DNA from: Candidatus Micrarchaeota archaeon
GTDB taxonomy: Archaea; Micrarchaeota; Micrarchaeia; Anstonellales; Bilamarchaeaceae
DNA length: 64,000 bases
Direction of reading: 5' to 3'
Assembly (NCBI GenBank): GCA_964647855.1
Contig: CAZYJW010000001.1
Span: forward strand, 357,200-421,199
Positions 30,542 through 40,259 of the stretch are shown here, in pieces (positions within the stretch are counted from its first letter, which is position 1; each line of letters opens with the position of its first letter). Position numbers and translations under genes: made by a program. The notes under the pieces are model-generated. The model did no database searches, was not told where the DNA came from, and was given only the letters and a program-made list of their open reading frames with translations.

Positions 30542-32110
30542 CTACTGCATGCTTCCGAGGAGCATCTTCCTCATCTCTATGGGCTCGAGGTCCCTGAGCG
30601 CCTTGAGCGCGAATTCGAGCTTCGCCTCGCTTTCCGAGAAGATGGTGAAGAGCTTGTCGCCCCTCTCGACGCGGTCGCCCCTGAGCCTGTGTATGAGGAC
30701 CCCGGCTCCCTTGTCCCTTGGCGCACCGGATATGCGTGCCAGCTTGGACATCACCTTGTTGTCGATGTGGAATATGCTTCCCGACACATCGGATGTCACG
30801 GTATGGGTGTATTCCCCGATTTCGATGTCCGCGGTCTTCACGTTCGGGTTCCCGCCCTGGAGTTCTATTATCTCCCTGAACTTGCCAAGGGCCTTTCCGG
30901 TGTCTATCAGCCCTTCGGAGACCGCGTATCCCCTGCCAGGCTCCACCCTGCCGCATAGTTCCAGGAGCTTGCCCGCAATGAGCAGGCTCTTGTGGCGCAG
31001 GTCGTCCGGCCCCCGCCCCGAGAGCACCTCGAGCACGTCTATGCATTCGAGGCCCGGCCCGACTCCATTGCCCACGGGTTCGGCGCCGTCCGTAATGAGC
31101 GCCTCTATCTTCATGCCGAGCTTCTCGCCCACGCGCAGGAAGTGCCTCGCAAGCTCGTTGCCCCTCTCCACGTAGGGCACCTTCACGCCCCGCCCGACCG
31201 GGATGTCGATGAGGACGTATTCAGCGCCCACGCTCTTCTTCTTGCCGAGGATGCTCGCAAGCAGCATGCCCTCCGGGTCGAGGCTGAGGGGGTGCCGTAT
31301 CCTGATGAGCTTGTCGTCCACCGGCGCGAGCCTCATGCCCCCGCCCCACACTATTGCTCCCTTGGCCTTGAGGACCACCGAGCGCATCTCGTCCATGTTG
31401 AACGTGACGTCGGCAAGGACCTCCATCGTATCTGCGGTGCCGGATGCCGAGGTGATGGAGCGCGATGACGTCTTGGGTATGTAGACGCCTGCCGCGGCTA
31501 TGAGCGGCACGAGGACCATGGTCGTCCTGTTCCCGGCGACTCCGCCGATGCAGTGCTTGTCGAGTATCGGCTTCTTGCCGAGGTTGAGCTGCTCGCCCGA
31601 CTCCACAGTCGCCTTGGCGAGCGCTATGACCTCCTCGTCTGTGAATCCGTTGATGTATGCGGCCGTTATCCAGGCGGACGTCTCAATCTCGCTGAGCCGA
31701 TCCTGCATTATCTCGCGCACTATGGTGTTTATCTCCGCCTCGTTGAGCGCGGCCTTGTCGAGCTTCTTCTTGATGTAGCCGATGGAGAGGGGCCTGTCCA
31801 TGTGGACTATCTCGACCGTCTCGTTCTTCTTCAGCCTGTGCGCCGTCGCGATGTCCCTGAATACGCCGATTTCGCCGGGCTCGACTATGCCCTCGCTGAC
31901 ATCCACAATCGCGATGATGCTTTTCCCGCCGTGGCGTATCTCGGTCCGGTAGCCCGAGTAGATGTCGTGCTCCTGCGCCTCGCCCTTGTTGAGCACTATG
32001 ATGTTCTTTCCGGTGAAGATGTCTATGGGCTTGACCTTGCAGACATATTTCTTCAGCCTCCAGACATCGACCTTTTCCGCCTTTGCTTCCGTCTCTACGT
32101 ATTCAACCAT
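30542..32110 (-). CDS. deoA: AMP phosphorylase
   Basis: N-terminal extension, DKHCIGGVAGN, PKTSSRSITSASGTAD, NGVGPGLE and GAPRDKGAG. Confidence 0.95.
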   Translation of the reverse strand: MVEYVETEAKAEKVDVWRLKKYVCKVKPIDIFTGKNIIVLNKGEAQEHDIYSGYRTEIRHGGKSIIAIVDVSEGIVEPGEIGVFRDIATAHRLKKNETVEIVHMDRPLSIGYIKKKLDKAALNEAEINTIVREIMQDRLSEIETSAWITAAYINGFTDEEVIALAKATVESGEQLNLGKKPILDKHCIGGVAGNRTTMVLVPLIAAAGVYIPKTSSRSITSASGTADTMEVLADVTFNMDEMRSVVLKAKGAIVWGGGMRLAPVDDKLIRIRHPLSLDPEGMLLASILGKKKSVGAEYVLIDIPVGRGVKVPYVERGNELARHFLRVGEKLGMKIEALITDGAEPVGNGVGPGLECIDVLEVLSGRGPDDLRHKSLLIAGKLLELCGRVEPGRGYAVSEGLIDTGKALGKFREIIELQGGNPNVKTADIEIGEYTHTVTSDVSGSIFHIDNKVMSKLARISGAPRDKGAGVLIHRLRGDRVERGDKLFTIFSESEAKLEFALKALRDLEPIEMRKMLLGSMQ

Positions 32111-32123
32111 TGCATGACCCCTT

Positions 32124-33053
32124 CTACTCGTATAGCCTTATTCCCAGCTTGCCTGTCGCGAGCGTGAAGAAAGACTGGGGCGGGATTACTCCCTCCTCCG
32201 TGATGTATCCGCTGACATATTTCGCCGCCGTGGCCTCGAAGGCAGGATTCCTCACCTTCACCCTCCGGGGCGGCCTCTCCCAGACCTCCTTCGGGTCCCG
32301 CTCCTCTATCTTCTCCCTGTCCCCGTAAATCGTCATGGGGCTGTACTTGTAGAGCTCGGCCGCGCTGTAGAACGAAACATCGTTCATCCGCGCGATGTGG
32401 GCGAGGGCGGAGGTGCCTATCTTGTTTATCAGGTCCCCGCGCGATGTCACCGAATCCGCGCCCACCATCACGATGTCCGCCTTCTTCATGAACAGGTTCA
32501 TGGCGCCGTCCACCGCTATCGTGACGTCGATGCCCGCCTTGGCGAGCTCCTCCGCGGTCTTCCTTCCCTGCCAGCGCGGCCGGGTCTCGAAGCAGACTAC
32601 GGAGAATTTTTTGCGCATCCTTTTCGCGGCCATCATGCAGCTCGTGGATGTTGAGGAATGGCAATGGGTCAAAACAAGCGCACCGTCCGGGATGAGCTTC
32701 GCCCCGTACTCCGCCAGCCTCTTCGCGCCCGCATCCACCCTCGCGAGGGCGTCCTTCTCGTGCGCGATGAAGCCCTTCCTCAGCTCCCCCGCGCTTGCCC
32801 CGCCCTTGGCGCTCTCGGCCGCGAAGCGGACCGCGCCGTCGAGAAGGTTCCTCATCATGGGCTCCGTCGGGCGGCTCTGGGCCAGCGCATCCGCGGCCTC
32901 CGCAAGCTCCCTCCGCAGCGAAGAGGCTGAATCCGCCTTCGAGTCCTTCGCGCAAATGATAAGCGCGCCGACCGCGGAGCGGGCGACGTTCCGTGCGCCC
33001 TGGATTTTCAGAGATTTTATGTCCCTCACGGTCGCCTTGACGCACCTGTGCAT
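32124..33053 (-). CDS. Ribose-1,5-bisphosphate isomerase (eIF2B-like)
   Basis: IQGARNVA, SRPTEP, LTHCHS, ETRP, GADS, NKIGT and NPAF; adjacent to AMP phosphorylase. Confidence 0.92.
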   Translation of the reverse strand: MHRCVKATVRDIKSLKIQGARNVARSAVGALIICAKDSKADSASSLRRELAEAADALAQSRPTEPMMRNLLDGAVRFAAESAKGGASAGELRKGFIAHEKDALARVDAGAKRLAEYGAKLIPDGALVLTHCHSSTSTSCMMAAKRMRKKFSVVCFETRPRWQGRKTAEELAKAGIDVTIAVDGAMNLFMKKADIVMVGADSVTSRGDLINKIGTSALAHIARMNDVSFYSAAELYKYSPMTIYGDREKIEERDPKEVWERPPRRVKVRNPAFEATAAKYVSGYITEEGVIPPQSFFTLATGKLGIRLYE

Positions 33054-33169
33054 GAGTGGGATACACATAGGCTACAAATAAATAGATTTCACCGCCACCC
33101 TGCTGCCCCATCCCCGTCATCCTTTCGTAAATGTTATTATTTATAAACATTTGTGAGGAATACTCCCTC

Positions 33170-34399
33170 ATGAAACTCAGACACTACCTGGTTCCGGCCG
33201 CCATCAGTGCCCTAATTACCTATAACGCGGTCCGCCATTTCTCTCCAGAAGGCCGTTTCACACGCGAAGCGGAGCGGCTTCGTATGAAATGCGAGGACAT
33301 ACGGCGCCATGGCATAATTGGCAATGAGTTCAGGAAATGGCCAGAGGCGGTTTCGGAGGCGATTCCGTCAGTTACCCTTGTGCCAAGCCAGATTTCGGAC
33401 AATTTTATCGCGCATATCCAGGATCCGGCCCTGCGGGAGCGGCTTCGAAAGCAGAGGTCCCTTGGAGGGGAGATAGGGTTCGATGAGGGCGGAAAGGTCG
33501 TTCATTTTCATATATCATACGATTTACCGCACTGGCGGGAAAGCGTGCACCATGAGGTCGCACACCTGCTATGGGAGCGGATGGACGAACAGGACCGCAA
33601 GCGGATATCCGTTATCCTCAAGGAAGTCGTCCCTGCCAAGACCACCGAGCTCGTTTTCGAAGGATATCTGGCCGAAAGCTACCGCCGGTTCATTTCGCAA
33701 TCGTTCGAGCAGCAGAGGCGCCTGCAGGGGGAGGTCGAAAAGGCAGGTGAAACAATCCACCAAAGTGTCAAGCGCCTGGAAAAAACCGTAGACCTGAGCG
33801 TCGAACGCCTGGAGGCTGCAATGTCACGGGTACGGCGCGCCCGCTTGGTGCACGGCAGCCTGCGGCAGATAAAAAATGCCTCCGACGAGCTGGCAGAAGC
33901 GCAAGCGCGCATCGGGGCAGTAACCGCGGATATCAGGATGTCGCGGCGGTGCATCGCGCTCATTGCCAAGGCGCAACGTCTGCTGAAAGAAAGCCTGGAT
34001 TCGGCCGGGGAGCTCCTTCAGAGCGAGGAGCAGCAAGGCCGTGCGGAAACATTCAAGGAATGCCTGGATAAGGTTGTGTCAGGCTTTGGGGAAATAATCG
34101 ACGTCATAACCAGGGTGAGGGAATCGATGCAATCGCTCGGCCTTCGCAATTCTTCGCAGCGCCTCTCGGTTGCCGGGCTGGAGTCTCTCCGTTCAGGAAT
34201 CAAGGACATCTATTTCAACGAGATGTTCGCCCGCGCGATAGAGCTTGTCGCAGCCAACCCGAAAAACCCTTCGCTGGCGCCGCTGTGCGCGGCCCTTGCC
34301 TCAGTCGAGATAGGCGGCGAAAAGGTTTTTGCGGGCCTTCTGGGCAATAATGGCTTCGTTCCTCCCAAGAAGATCCCGCCATCGACTTGCTTCCCCTGA
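33170..34399 (+). CDS. Hypothetical membrane-anchored protein with an HExxH motif and long coiled coil
   Basis: N-terminal hydrophobic helix, VHHEVAHLLW, heptad-rich middle and late NEMFA; less GC-biased codon usage. Confidence 0.7.
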   Translation: MKLRHYLVPAAISALITYNAVRHFSPEGRFTREAERLRMKCEDIRRHGIIGNEFRKWPEAVSEAIPSVTLVPSQISDNFIAHIQDPALRERLRKQRSLGGEIGFDEGGKVVHFHISYDLPHWRESVHHEVAHLLWERMDEQDRKRISVILKEVVPAKTTELVFEGYLAESYRRFISQSFEQQRRLQGEVEKAGETIHQSVKRLEKTVDLSVERLEAAMSRVRRARLVHGSLRQIKNASDELAEAQARIGAVTADIRMSRRCIALIAKAQRLLKESLDSAGELLQSEEQQGRAETFKECLDKVVSGFGEIIDVITRVRESMQSLGLRNSSQRLSVAGLESLRSGIKDIYFNEMFARAIELVAANPKNPSLAPLCAALASVEIGGEKVFAGLLGNNGFVPPKKIPPSTCFP

Positions 34400-34503
34400 A
34401 GTAAAAGGCCGCATGAGAACAGTGGAAATAGAAAAAAAGAATGAAAAAAGACGAAAGCCGAAAATCCGGCGGCTCGCTGCCGCCGTCTTTCCGGCAGGGG
34501 CGT

Positions 34504-34821
34504 TCAGCCGAAGAGGCTCGCGAGGCCTTCAGCAGCCTGCTCCTCCTTCTTGCCCTCGTCCTCCTTCTTCTCCTCTTTCTTCGCCTCGCCGCCGGAAGCC
34601 GCCGGCGCAGCCGCGGCCGGAGCCGCAGCCACCATCATCGACTGCTTCAGGAGGTCCTCGAAGTTCACGCCCTTCACGGCGTCCGCAAGCACCTGCGCCC
34701 TGGCCTCGTCGGCCGTTGCGCCGCTCGCCTTCACGACCGCGACTATGGCGTCCTTGCTCACTTCCTTTCCTGCGCCGTGCAGCACGAGCACGGCATGCAA
34801 ATACGGGTCAACCTTCGTCAT
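34504..34821 (-). CDS. rpl12: 50S ribosomal stalk protein P1/L12 (archaeal)
   Basis: YLHAVLVLHGAGKE, Ala-rich hinge and C-terminal GLASLFG. Confidence 0.95.
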   Translation of the reverse strand: MTKVDPYLHAVLVLHGAGKEVSKDAIVAVVKASGATADEARAQVLADAVKGVNFEDLLKQSMMVAAAPAAAAPAASGGEAKKEEKKEDEGKKEEQAAEGLASLFG

Positions 34822-34838
34822 AACATACACCTCTTAAT

Positions 34839-35696
34839 CTACCCAAGCTTTCCAAGAGCCGTCCCCTGCCGCATGGCAGAGGTGAGAAGCTGCTCTATGG
34901 CGCTTGATGAGTACAAGCTCCCGTTGAGGGAGACGTTCATGGCCTGCCTGAACGCGTCGCCGAGCAGCACCTCTATGTTCTGCTGCGTCGGGTATCCGGC
35001 ATTGAGGGAAAGGTTCATGGCCTGCCCCAGGCTCATTGCGAGGTCCGCGTTCACGGTCTCGCCCGAGTCCAGGAGCTCCTTGGAGTAGATGTACTGGCCG
35101 TCGAAGCCGAAAATCATGTTCGCCATTATCTCGAACGGCATCACGCCCAGGCTCTGGAGGGCCTTCACCTTCTGCACGGTGAGCTTTTCGCCGGCCTTCG
35201 CCACGGTGCTCTCCTTGGACACGACAATCTTCCCGGCCTTTATCTGGACGTTCACGCCGCCTGCCTTGAGCTCGGAGAGCGCGGGGCCCGGAGGCAGGTC
35301 GGTGTCGCCTTCGGGGACCACGATGTCCGCGATTGCGACGTCGCCCATCTTGGCGGCCCTCTTCTTCCGGTGCCCCCTGAAGAACATGTTGAGCTCGAAT
35401 GGCGACTGGTCCGTAAGGATGAGCGCCATGGGCTTGTCGCACTCCGACACGCGCTCCGCGAGCTTCGGGTTCGACTCCAGCACCCTGCTGAGCACCGGCT
35501 TCTTGAGCACGAGCACCGCGCCCTTGCCCTCACGTATCCTTTTGCGGAGCGACTGGAAGAGCGCATCCGGCAGCTTGCGCAAATCGAGCAGCGCCACCGT
35601 CTTGTAGCCCTTCATCTGCGCGATGACCGACTTGACCTGCTCGGCCTTCCTCCTGACTTCCTTCTTGTTAGCGTCTGTCTTGTACACGGCATCCAC
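34839..35696 (-). CDS. rpl10: 50S ribosomal protein uL10 (P0)
   Basis: AKMGDVA..DIVVPEGDTDLPPGP and IKAGKI; lies between L1 and L12. Confidence 0.93.
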   Translation of the reverse strand: MDAVYKTDANKKEVRRKAEQVKSVIAQMKGYKTVALLDLRKLPDALFQSLRKRIREGKGAVLVLKKPVLSRVLESNPKLAERVSECDKPMALILTDQSPFELNMFFRGHRKKRAAKMGDVAIADIVVPEGDTDLPPGPALSELKAGGVNVQIKAGKIVVSKESTVAKAGEKLTVQKVKALQSLGVMPFEIMANMIFGFDGQYIYSKELLDSGETVNADLAMSLGQAMNLSLNAGYPTQQNIEVLLGDAFRQAMNVSLNGSLYSSSAIEQLLTSAMRQGTALGKLG

Positions 35697-35697
35697 C

Positions 35698-36330
35698 TCA
35701 AACGACCTTGATCGGCCTGCCCATCGTGAGCTTCACGAACACGGACTTGATGTTGCCCTCGTTGACCTTTCCCTTCACGGCGTCGTATACCGCCTCGGCG
35801 TTCTCCACGAGGTCGTCGGCCTCCATCATCTCGGTGCCGATAAGCGCCTGGACCGTGGGGAGGTACTTGCCCTTCGACACGACCCTGACGCTCCGCTTCG
35901 AGCGGTCGAGGAGCTCCTTCAAGTTCCCGACTATGGGTTTGGGGAGCTTGCCCCGCTTGCCGAGCGTCTGGCCCAGCGACTTCGCGACGTTCCCCATCAT
36001 GTTGGGCTGCGCGAGCAGGAAATAGTTCTTCGCGAGGTCCTTGACCTTGGCGGGCTCCGCCCAGGACGGGATTTCGGCCGGCTGTATGACCAGGTCGGCA
36101 CCGGCCCTGCGCGCCTCGTCGGCGGCGCTTCCCTCCGCGAACACCGCGGATTTCAGCTCTTTTCCGCCCTTGCCGCGCGGGAGCGTGATGTCGAGGTTCA
36201 GCCTGTTCTCGCTTTTCGCGAAATCGATGCCCCTCATGTTGATGATTATCTCCATGCTCTGCTTGAACTTCTTCTTTCCCTTGTCTTCCATGGCCTTCTT
36301 GATGGCCTCTGACATGTGCTTCCTGTCCAT
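35698..36330 (-). CDS. rpl1: 50S ribosomal protein uL1
   Basis: KKFKQSMEIIINM, LGKRGKLP and SVFVKLTMG. Confidence 0.95.
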   Translation of the reverse strand: MDRKHMSEAIKKAMEDKGKKKFKQSMEIIINMRGIDFAKSENRLNLDITLPRGKGGKELKSAVFAEGSAADEARRAGADLVIQPAEIPSWAEPAKVKDLAKNYFLLAQPNMMGNVAKSLGQTLGKRGKLPKPIVGNLKELLDRSKRSVRVVSKGKYLPTVQALIGTEMMEADDLVENAEAVYDAVKGKVNEGNIKSVFVKLTMGRPIKVV

Positions 36331-36337
36331 AAACAAG

Positions 36338-36378
36338 CCCTCCTACTCCGGGTGTTCCCGGCGAGTAGTCGTTGCGGG
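36338..36378 (-). promoter_or_regulatory. Structured 5' leader of rpl1 (kink-turn/L1-binding-like) overlapping the RBS
   Basis: CCC-GCAACGA-CUACUC...GAGUAG-GA-GGG stem with internal loop; TATA box (TTTTATAAAC) at 36401-36410. Confidence 0.55.
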
Positions 36379-36415
36379 TGATTTTCATTTGGGGCAAAAC
36401 GTTTATAAAATATGT

Positions 36416-36910
36416 TCAGAGGCCGCTGTACGCGGGGGGCGAGATTTCGGCGGAGAGCTCGACGCAGCCGAGCTTCCCCACGCCCCCGTGGAATGAGGCA
36501 ATCCTCTTGAGGGTCAGCCTGAAAAGCCTGCCGTCCATCAGGGTGCCGCACCAGACCTTCGCGCTCTCGTTCTCGGAGAGGAAAATCTCGCCCTCGTACC
36601 TGCCGTTGTTGAATGCGGAGGCCACGAGGTCCCCGCCATCCTCCCGAAGGAATGTCAGCGAGAAGACCGCCCTCCCCGCCCTGGCCACGATGCTCTCGCC
36701 CTTGCGCACGGTCCGGAATATGTCGTGGCTCTGCCCGCATTCGAGGTCCATCTCTGCGATGACCCTCTCGGGCCTGCATCCGGCGGAGGAGAAGATGGCC
36801 TCAACCTGCCCCTGGAGATTCTGCCTTTCGATGGGCCTTGGCTGGTGGCCGTGGACCCTGGCATACGCGGCATTGAAATCCACGATGCGCCTGGGCCCGT
36901 TGCCTGTCAT
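36416..36910 (-). CDS. Hypothetical protein
   Basis: 164-aa ORF with a TATA-like box upstream; no recognisable motif. Confidence 0.6.
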   Translation of the reverse strand: MTGNGPRRIVDFNAAYARVHGHQPRPIERQNLQGQVEAIFSSAGCRPERVIAEMDLECGQSHDIFRTVRKGESIVARAGRAVFSLTFLREDGGDLVASAFNNGRYEGEIFLSENESAKVWCGTLMDGRLFRLTLKRIASFHGGVGKLGCVELSAEISPPAYSGL

Positions 36911-37001
36911 ACGCAGTAAACATTGCCGGTCACATTTTATATACCTTTTTATCCACCTATATCAACTATCAAAAAGTCCATAATGGACCGGGGGTGGACG
37001 A

Positions 37002-38129
37002 ATGCGAGATTCCTGGCAAGGGCGCCTGAAGCGCACCTTGGCGGCAGCAGCCGTGGTGAGCGCACCTGTCTTCCTTGGCACTCTTCTCTGCGAATCCAAC
37101 ATCCCCACCCCTATCATTGAACCCGCCATGCAATCCCAAGCGGTTGCCCCAGAAGGACCCGGGGCACGGCCATCAAAAAAATTCACATCTGCAGATCTGG
37201 CAGCCGGCGTGCGTGCTCAGATGGAAAAACTGCGGGCGGCATCGGGAGAGGCCGAAATGTCCGCTTCCGTTTCGTTGACCCACGAGCTGAAAGAGGAATT
37301 CGCTGCTTCTGAACTAGTCTGTCCACCGGTGCCCCGGCGCTACGCCGCCTTCGGCGAACTCACCCCGGAAGAGGCGGAACTCCTGGCCAATGACCTAAAA
37401 CTCGCATCAAAGCGCGCATCAGAAGAGCTGGATGCGGGCGATGATGCCAGATACGCAATCGACACGCTCAGATGCCGTCTGGGGATGGACCGGATGCCGT
37501 TTGAAGAGTATCCGCGCTGTTATCCTGAGACCCGGCTGGTCCAGAGGATTCAATCCCTGGATTATTATGAGGGCCTCGAGGAACTGCTTTCGGTCGTGGA
37601 ATATATGAACTCCTTGGGCATCGACGGAACTCCCGGGGCGGAATACCCGCGTTTCAGGTACCTCGGCGAATACCTGGATTCCGTAGCTGGGGAAAACCCC
37701 CGCGCGCCGTCATTTTCCTGCCTCGCCCGGAATTACTACGCGGCAAAGGTCCTGGACATCAGCCTTGACCTGCTATCAGAATCCCTGCTGTTCAACCTGG
37801 ACATCGCAGACGGCATTCTCATGCAGCTCCCGGAACATCAGCGGCCCGATGTGATACGGGAAGCGCTCGTCCGCATGCTGGGCTGGATGGAAAACCTTGA
37901 CCCTGGCGAGCTGGAGCTTTTCTATGGAAGCCTCTGCGCACAGAACCGGCTGTCGTTCGCCGAAGCGCTCAGCTACATTTATCCCGAAGACCGCTCGGCC
38001 ATCGCCCATGCGGAATATCTGCACGAAAACGCGCTGGATTCGGAACTGCGACGCCTGATGGGGCTTAAGCTCGAAGAATGGCGTGAGCTCTTTTCCGGAC
38101 ATGGGTTGCATGGCGGGGAACGGGAATAG
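37002..38129 (+). CDS. Hypothetical membrane-anchored helical acidic protein
   Basis: Basic N-terminus plus one TM helix, then a Glu/Leu-rich helical region. Confidence 0.65.
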   Translation: MRDSWQGRLKRTLAAAAVVSAPVFLGTLLCESNIPTPIIEPAMQSQAVAPEGPGARPSKKFTSADLAAGVRAQMEKLRAASGEAEMSASVSLTHELKEEFAASELVCPPVPRRYAAFGELTPEEAELLANDLKLASKRASEELDAGDDARYAIDTLRCRLGMDRMPFEEYPRCYPETRLVQRIQSLDYYEGLEELLSVVEYMNSLGIDGTPGAEYPRFRYLGEYLDSVAGENPRAPSFSCLARNYYAAKVLDISLDLLSESLLFNLDIADGILMQLPEHQRPDVIREALVRMLGWMENLDPGELELFYGSLCAQNRLSFAEALSYIYPEDRSAIAHAEYLHENALDSELRRLMGLKLEEWRELFSGHGLHGGERE

Positions 38130-38201
38130 CGCTTCCTGAAACGGGCACGGACAAGACGAAAAACAGGCAATCAGGAATTAATAAAAAGCGGGAAGAAATT
38201 T

Positions 38202-38315
38202 TCAGAGCTCGCCGACGCGCCTCTTTATCCTGCGCTTGAGCCTCTTGCGCTTCTTCTTGACCCATTTCCAGCGCATCCTGTTCTTCTTCTTCCATTTCCT
38301 CGGTTTGGAACCCAT
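38202..38315 (-). CDS. rpl41e: Ribosomal protein eL41 (eS32), 37 aa
   Basis: Manual translation MGSKPRKWKKKNRMRWKWVKKKRKRLKRRIKRRVGEL with GGTGA RBS upstream; below the ORF track length cutoff. Confidence 0.9.
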   Translation of the reverse strand: MGSKPRKWKKKNRMRWKWVKKKRKRLKRRIKRRVGEL

Positions 38316-38429
38316 GAGTTCACCTAATCTATGAAATCAGACAAATCGCGGACTAATCAATCAATAGTTCGTCTTAAATATCTTTCGAGAGGGTTTTCAG
38401 GTGCGGATGGTTTGCCGCGGGCTGGGGAC

Positions 38430-39107
38430 ATGAAACACAAGATAGAAGGCGGCGTGATGCAGATACTCACGCTGGAACTGGGGGAGGGCGACGAGGTTTT
38501 CTCGGAATCCGGGGCGATGTCCTGGATGAGCGACAATGTCGAGATGGAATCCTACATCCGGGGCGGCATCGGTGCCGGCATCGGGCGGATGTTCACCGGC
38601 GAATCCCTTTTCCTCGTGAAGTTCAGGTCGTCCGGCGGCAAGGGCATCGTGTCCTTCGCCCCGGCGTTTCCGGGCAAGATAATCCCGCTCGGTATTGCCC
38701 CCGGCAAGGAGATCATATGCCAGAAGGACGCCTTCCTGGCGGCGGAGGAGAGCGTCAAGCTCGAGACGATATTCAAGAAGAAGCTCGGCGTCGGCCTCTT
38801 CGGCGGCGAGGGGTTCATGCTCCAGAAGCTCACCGGGACGGGCATGGCGTTCGCCGAAATCGACGGCGAGGTCTTCGAGATGACGCTCAAGGCGGGCGAG
38901 AAGATGAAAATCGACACCGGCGCCATCGCGCTTTTCGAGCCCACCGTGAAATACGACGTCCAGATGGTTAAGGGGGTCCGGAACATGCTCTTCGGCGGCG
39001 AGGGGCTCTTCCTCGCGACGCTCGAGGGGCCCGGCAAAATCTGGCTCCAGAGCATGCCGGCAAGCGGACTCGCGCAGAGGATACTGCAATACATACCGAA
39101 GGGCTGA
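38430..39107 (+). CDS. TIGR00266/AIM24 family protein
   Basis: ESGAMSWM, GESLF, CQKDAFLAA and two GGEG motifs. Confidence 0.92.
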   Translation: MKHKIEGGVMQILTLELGEGDEVFSESGAMSWMSDNVEMESYIRGGIGAGIGRMFTGESLFLVKFRSSGGKGIVSFAPAFPGKIIPLGIAPGKEIICQKDAFLAAEESVKLETIFKKKLGVGLFGGEGFMLQKLTGTGMAFAEIDGEVFEMTLKAGEKMKIDTGAIALFEPTVKYDVQMVKGVRNMLFGGEGLFLATLEGPGKIWLQSMPASGLAQRILQYIPKG

Positions 39108-39110
39108 AAC

Positions 39111-39401
39111 ATGGAAAGCCGGGACATCCTCTATGCGGCCGCGGCCCTCGCGGCCCTGCTCATCCTGGCAATCGCGGGGGCTGTCCTGGCGGCCGTTGCG
39201 CTAGCCGCCGCCTCCCCGCTCGCGCTCCTGGGCGCCATCGGCGCGATGGGGATTTTCGGCCTCTTCATCCTCGCGGGCCTAATCGCCGCGTTCGTGAGCG
39301 CCTGGTACGTGATATACGCGCTCATTCGGGGCGCATTCTCCCCGCCCGGGCCGCCGTCGAAAAAGCGGGACTATTCGCTTTCGCGCATCAGGAGGTCCTG
39401 A
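39111..39401 (+). CDS. Small membrane protein
   Basis: Two hydrophobic helices; starts 3 nt after the AIM24 gene. Confidence 0.65.
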   Translation: MESRDILYAAAALAALLILAIAGAVLAAVALAAASPLALLGAIGAMGIFGLFILAGLIAAFVSAWYVIYALIRGAFSPPGPPSKKRDYSLSRIRRS

Positions 39402-39861
39402 GAAGCATCTCGACCCTTGCGTAAACCCTCCCGATGTTTCGCCAGTGGCCGCCCTCCCAGAAGACCTTGCCGCATGACGTGCACCTCCAGAACTCCGCCT
39501 GCATGTCCCGCACGCCCTCCGGGACGCCGGCCACGACCTCATCCTTCCCGGCAGGCCTCAGCTCGCCGTTGCAGGATGCGCAGCGCGTCCTGTGCGGGTA
39601 TGTCGCCTTCGCCCCGCTCTCCCTTATCACCTGGGCAATCTGCGCCTCGAGAGGGGCCTCCCGCAGGAGTATGCACGCCCCGCCCCCCCTGGCGCACCTT
39701 TTAGCTAGTTCGGCATCGCGCGTGACGAGCATGCGGCCCCCGGAGGCGGCCTCGTGGAGGATTGCGGTGTCGCTGCGGCCCGATGCGTAGGCGCTGTCGA
39801 TGCCGAGTATCCTGCACCACGAGGCGAGGTTCCCCAGCATCTCGTCGAAAAGGAGCTTCAT
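39388..39861 (-). CDS. Mut7-C RNase domain protein (DUF82)
   Basis: FDEMLGNLASWCRILGID, VTRD, RCASCNG and CTSCGKVFWEGGHW. Confidence 0.92.
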   Translation of the reverse strand: MKLLFDEMLGNLASWCRILGIDSAYASGRSDTAILHEAASGGRMLVTRDAELAKRCARGGGACILLREAPLEAQIAQVIRESGAKATYPHRTRCASCNGELRPAGKDEVVAGVPEGVRDMQAEFWRCTSCGKVFWEGGHWRNIGRVYARVEMLLRTS

Positions 39862-39880
39862 GAGGATGATTTCTGGAGAA

Positions 39881-40186
39881 TCAGCTGAGCGATATCTTCA
39901 CGAAGACGTTCGTGGGGACCTTAATCCTGAGTATCTGCTTTATCATCTTCTCGTCGCCCTCGACGTCGCAGAGCCTCTTGTGGACCCTTTTCTCCCAGTG
40001 CTCGTAGGTGTCGGTCCCGTCGCCGCAGGGCGTGCGCCTGCAGGATATCTCCATCTTCCTGCGCGGCAGCCTCACGGGGCCGATGAACGTCATGCTGAGC
40101 GAATCCGAAAGATTCTTTATCTGGGAGACCACATTGTCGAGGGACGAAGGGTCCTCCCCGCTGAGCTTGATTCTCACTTTTGTCAT
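39881..40186 (-). CDS. rps10: 30S ribosomal protein uS10
   Basis: GPVRLP and RRTPCGDGTDTYEHWEKRVHKRL. Confidence 0.96.
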   Translation of the reverse strand: MTKVRIKLSGEDPSSLDNVVSQIKNLSDSLSMTFIGPVRLPRRKMEISCRRTPCGDGTDTYEHWEKRVHKRLCDVEGDEKMIKQILRIKVPTNVFVKISLS

Positions 40187-40259
40187 AAGTATACCTCTCG
40201 GTGAACGAGAAACCGTTGGCTATTAGTGATGCCAAAGTTATTTAAAGTTGCGCGAATGC

